Virus record (IMG/VR): IMGVR_UViG_3300012979_000010
Coordinates: 1-40,685 of that record
Reading direction: 5' to 3' (one strand)
Length of the DNA: 40,685 nucleotides
Source: a virus
The notes below the pieces were generated by a model. It did no database searches. It had not been told where the DNA came from and saw nothing but the letters and a program-made list of their open reading frames with translations. Made by a program: the position numbers and the translations under genes. Each line of letters begins with the position of its first letter. The stretch's first letter is position 1. Below are positions 39,317-40,685 of the stretch, in pieces.

Positions 39317-39749
39317 AGATTATTTCGCTATACATGAGCTTGTGTGTCCTCATGTGTACAATCGTTTCGGGGAAGCTGCTTGGGATTTTCTTGATAGGGA
39401 TTTGCTTGATGTGTTACTCTTTATCAGAGAGCATCTGAATAGACCTATCTACATTAACAACTGGAAGTGGGGTGGTGATAAGTCACAACGTGGGTTGAGG
39501 TGTTGTATCTGCCCATTGGTTAAGGAAAAGACCTACTTAGAGAAGCCTTATTTGTCGGCTCACATCTTCGGTAAGGGTGTTGATTTTCATGTTCAAGGGA
39601 TGAGTGCAGAGGAAGTGCGCAAGTGGATTGCTGATTATCAAGTCTATTTGCCTTGTAAGATTAGATGCGAGGAGTTGGTAAATTGGGTGCACATTGATGT
39701 CCTACCATACGGCATGAGTGCTAACAAAATAACCTACTTTAAGGGGTAG
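39303..39749 (+). CDS. Endolysin, peptidase M15 (VanY / L-Ala-D-Glu peptidase-like)
   Basis: Zn-ligand pattern SAHIFGKGVDFHV ... WVHIDV (H-x6-D ... H). Confidence 0.7.
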   Translation: MKSIKDYFAIHELVCPHVYNRFGEAAWDFLDRDLLDVLLFIREHLNRPIYINNWKWGGDKSQRGLRCCICPLVKEKTYLEKPYLSAHIFGKGVDFHVQGMSAEEVRKWIADYQVYLPCKIRCEELVNWVHIDVLPYGMSANKITYFKG

Positions 39750-39821
39750 GAGTAGCCGAATTGCTACCCCCACAGATGTTATGAACAGCATAATTATAAC
39801 AACTAAATAAAGAAAAGGTTT

Positions 39822-40265
39822 ATGTACGAAGATGATAATTTTGATAGAGATTACTTTAAGATGCTAATCACGATGATTGCTACTTTGTTTTTGTCGGGTG
39901 TGCTATTGATTGGAATATTATGCTCGTGTACAAGTGTGCGGTATGTTCCTGTGGAGAGTGTTAAGAGGGATAGTATCTACATCAACAAGTTGCAAGTGGA
40001 TAGCATCTATATGCAGGATAGTGTGTACATCAAGGAGAAGGGCGATACTATCTATATGTACAAGTATAAGTACTTGGATAGGTACAAGTTGCTGACCGAT
40101 ACGATGTATGTGTGCAAGACTGACACAATCAATAATGTGGTAGAGGTTGAGAAGCCTTTGACAAAGTGGCAGAAAATCAAGTTGGATTTAGGCGGTTTCG
40201 CCTTTGGTGGCATTGTAGTTTTGATAATTGGTGTTATATTTGCATTGGTAAAACGTAAGTGGTAG
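39822..40265 (+). CDS. Unimolecular spanin candidate (N-terminal lipoprotein signal plus C-terminal TM anchor)
   Basis: MLITMIATLFLSGVLLIGILCSC (lipobox-like) and C-terminal LGGFAFGGIVVLIIGVIFALVKRKW. It is the last gene of the lysis cassette. Confidence 0.5.
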   Translation: MYEDDNFDRDYFKMLITMIATLFLSGVLLIGILCSCTSVRYVPVESVKRDSIYINKLQVDSIYMQDSVYIKEKGDTIYMYKYKYLDRYKLLTDTMYVCKTDTINNVVEVEKPLTKWQKIKLDLGGFAFGGIVVLIIGVIFALVKRKW

Positions 40266-40415
40266 CGACTACTTATTTGGCTGATAGTGTGTTCCAATGG
40301 GGGCAAGGAAATAAAATAAAAGCCCTATTTTACTCGGACTGGCAAGAATGAGTAATACAACCGTTGATAGATTGTCGGGCTTTGAAGGCTTAACAATTTA
40401 TTGGCGGTTTTGTTT

Positions 40416-40685
40416 ATGGGAGAAAGAGATTTTTTTGAAAAGGTTATAGAAATCGTTTCTAACGTGTCGGGATTGGAAAGGAGTGCAATTCTACATTGCA
40501 ACAGAGAGGAATGCGTAGATGCGAGGTATGTGCTTGTGGCGGTGCTTGCGGAGCAATTAAGCGATAGGCAGATTGCGCTTGCGAGTGGGTTGAGTGTGCA
40601 GTTGGTAAACAAGGCTAAAAACTGCTTTCGTGATAGGTGTAGGTATAGGTGGGGGTTACGGCAGATGTATGAGGAAGTGAGAGAA
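40416..40685 (+). CDS. Small DnaA domain-IV-like helix-turn-helix protein; 5' part runs off the window and is completed by 1..132 (92 aa in total)
   Basis: ATG at 40416 opens MGERDFFEKVIEIVSNVSGLERSAILHCNREECVDARYVLVAVLAEQLSDRQIALASGLSVQLVNKAKNCF.... The pattern resembles the DnaA C-terminal DNA-binding domain (R..i..aR.iamyL...l...S...IG). It is absent from the ORF track because no stop occurs before the window end. Confidence 0.6.
   Translation, partial: MGERDFFEKVIEIVSNVSGLERSAILHCNREECVDARYVLVAVLAEQLSDRQIALASGLSVQLVNKAKNCFRDRCRYRWGLRQMYEEVRE
40563..40685. repeat. Terminal direct repeat, copy 2 (identical to 1..123)
   Basis: Same 123 nt as 1..123. This is the signature of a circular assembly or of DTR ends. 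Confidence 0.95.

Larger units (their letters stand above)
1..40685. mobile_element. Complete temperate tailed-phage genome (circularly closed or terminally redundant contig; unique length 40,562 bp)
   Basis: Exact 123-bp repeat at both ends. Contains integrase plus attP, an S24 repressor, recombination/replication genes, terminase, capsid, portal, tape measure and a lysis cassette. Roughly nine-tenths coding, with frequent ATGA stop/start overlaps. Confidence 0.85.

Overview
The window is a complete, circularly closed genome of a temperate tailed phage. Its unique length is 40,562 bp, because bases 1..123 recur exactly at 40563..40685. The host is probably Bacteroidales, judging from a Bacteroidetes-style tyrosine integrase, TAnnTTTG -7 promoter boxes, a DUF3127-like SSB and a BspA-type LRR protein. 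Layout: (i) an accessory region of orphan genes (40416 wrapping to 4528), with its own promoter-like box, repeat arrays and a terminator. (ii) A lysogeny module on the minus strand: integrase 4768..5949, an attP core that is the 3' half of a tRNA-Ala(GGC) at 6084..6130, two cargo genes, and a cI/LexA-like S24 repressor at 7069..7716. (iii) A divergent switch region followed by a rightward early operon. That operon opens with an unusual 1.24-kb coding-poor island (8318..9557) holding structured-RNA modules, two tRNA mimics with identical T-arms, and four related terminator hairpins. (iv) A recombination/replication module: ERF, PD-(D/E)XK exonuclease, SSB-like, NinB-like, NinG-like, a replication organiser with internal iterons, and a DnaC-like loader. 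(v) Two DNA methyltransferases, one fused to a ParB domain, a 420-aa protein built from about 27 near-perfect 27-bp tandem repeats, and a block of small ORFs. (vi) Packaging and morphogenesis genes in a non-canonical order (TerS, TerL, tail-like genes, tape measure, then protease-scaffold, capsid, portal, fibre). (vii) A lysis cassette of holin, M15 endolysin and a unimolecular spanin candidate. All calls rest on reading the sequence and the ORF track; no searches were run. The best candidate for something undescribed is the tRNA-mimic/structured-RNA island. The next best are the orphan operon beside attP and the hyper-repetitive nonapeptide protein.
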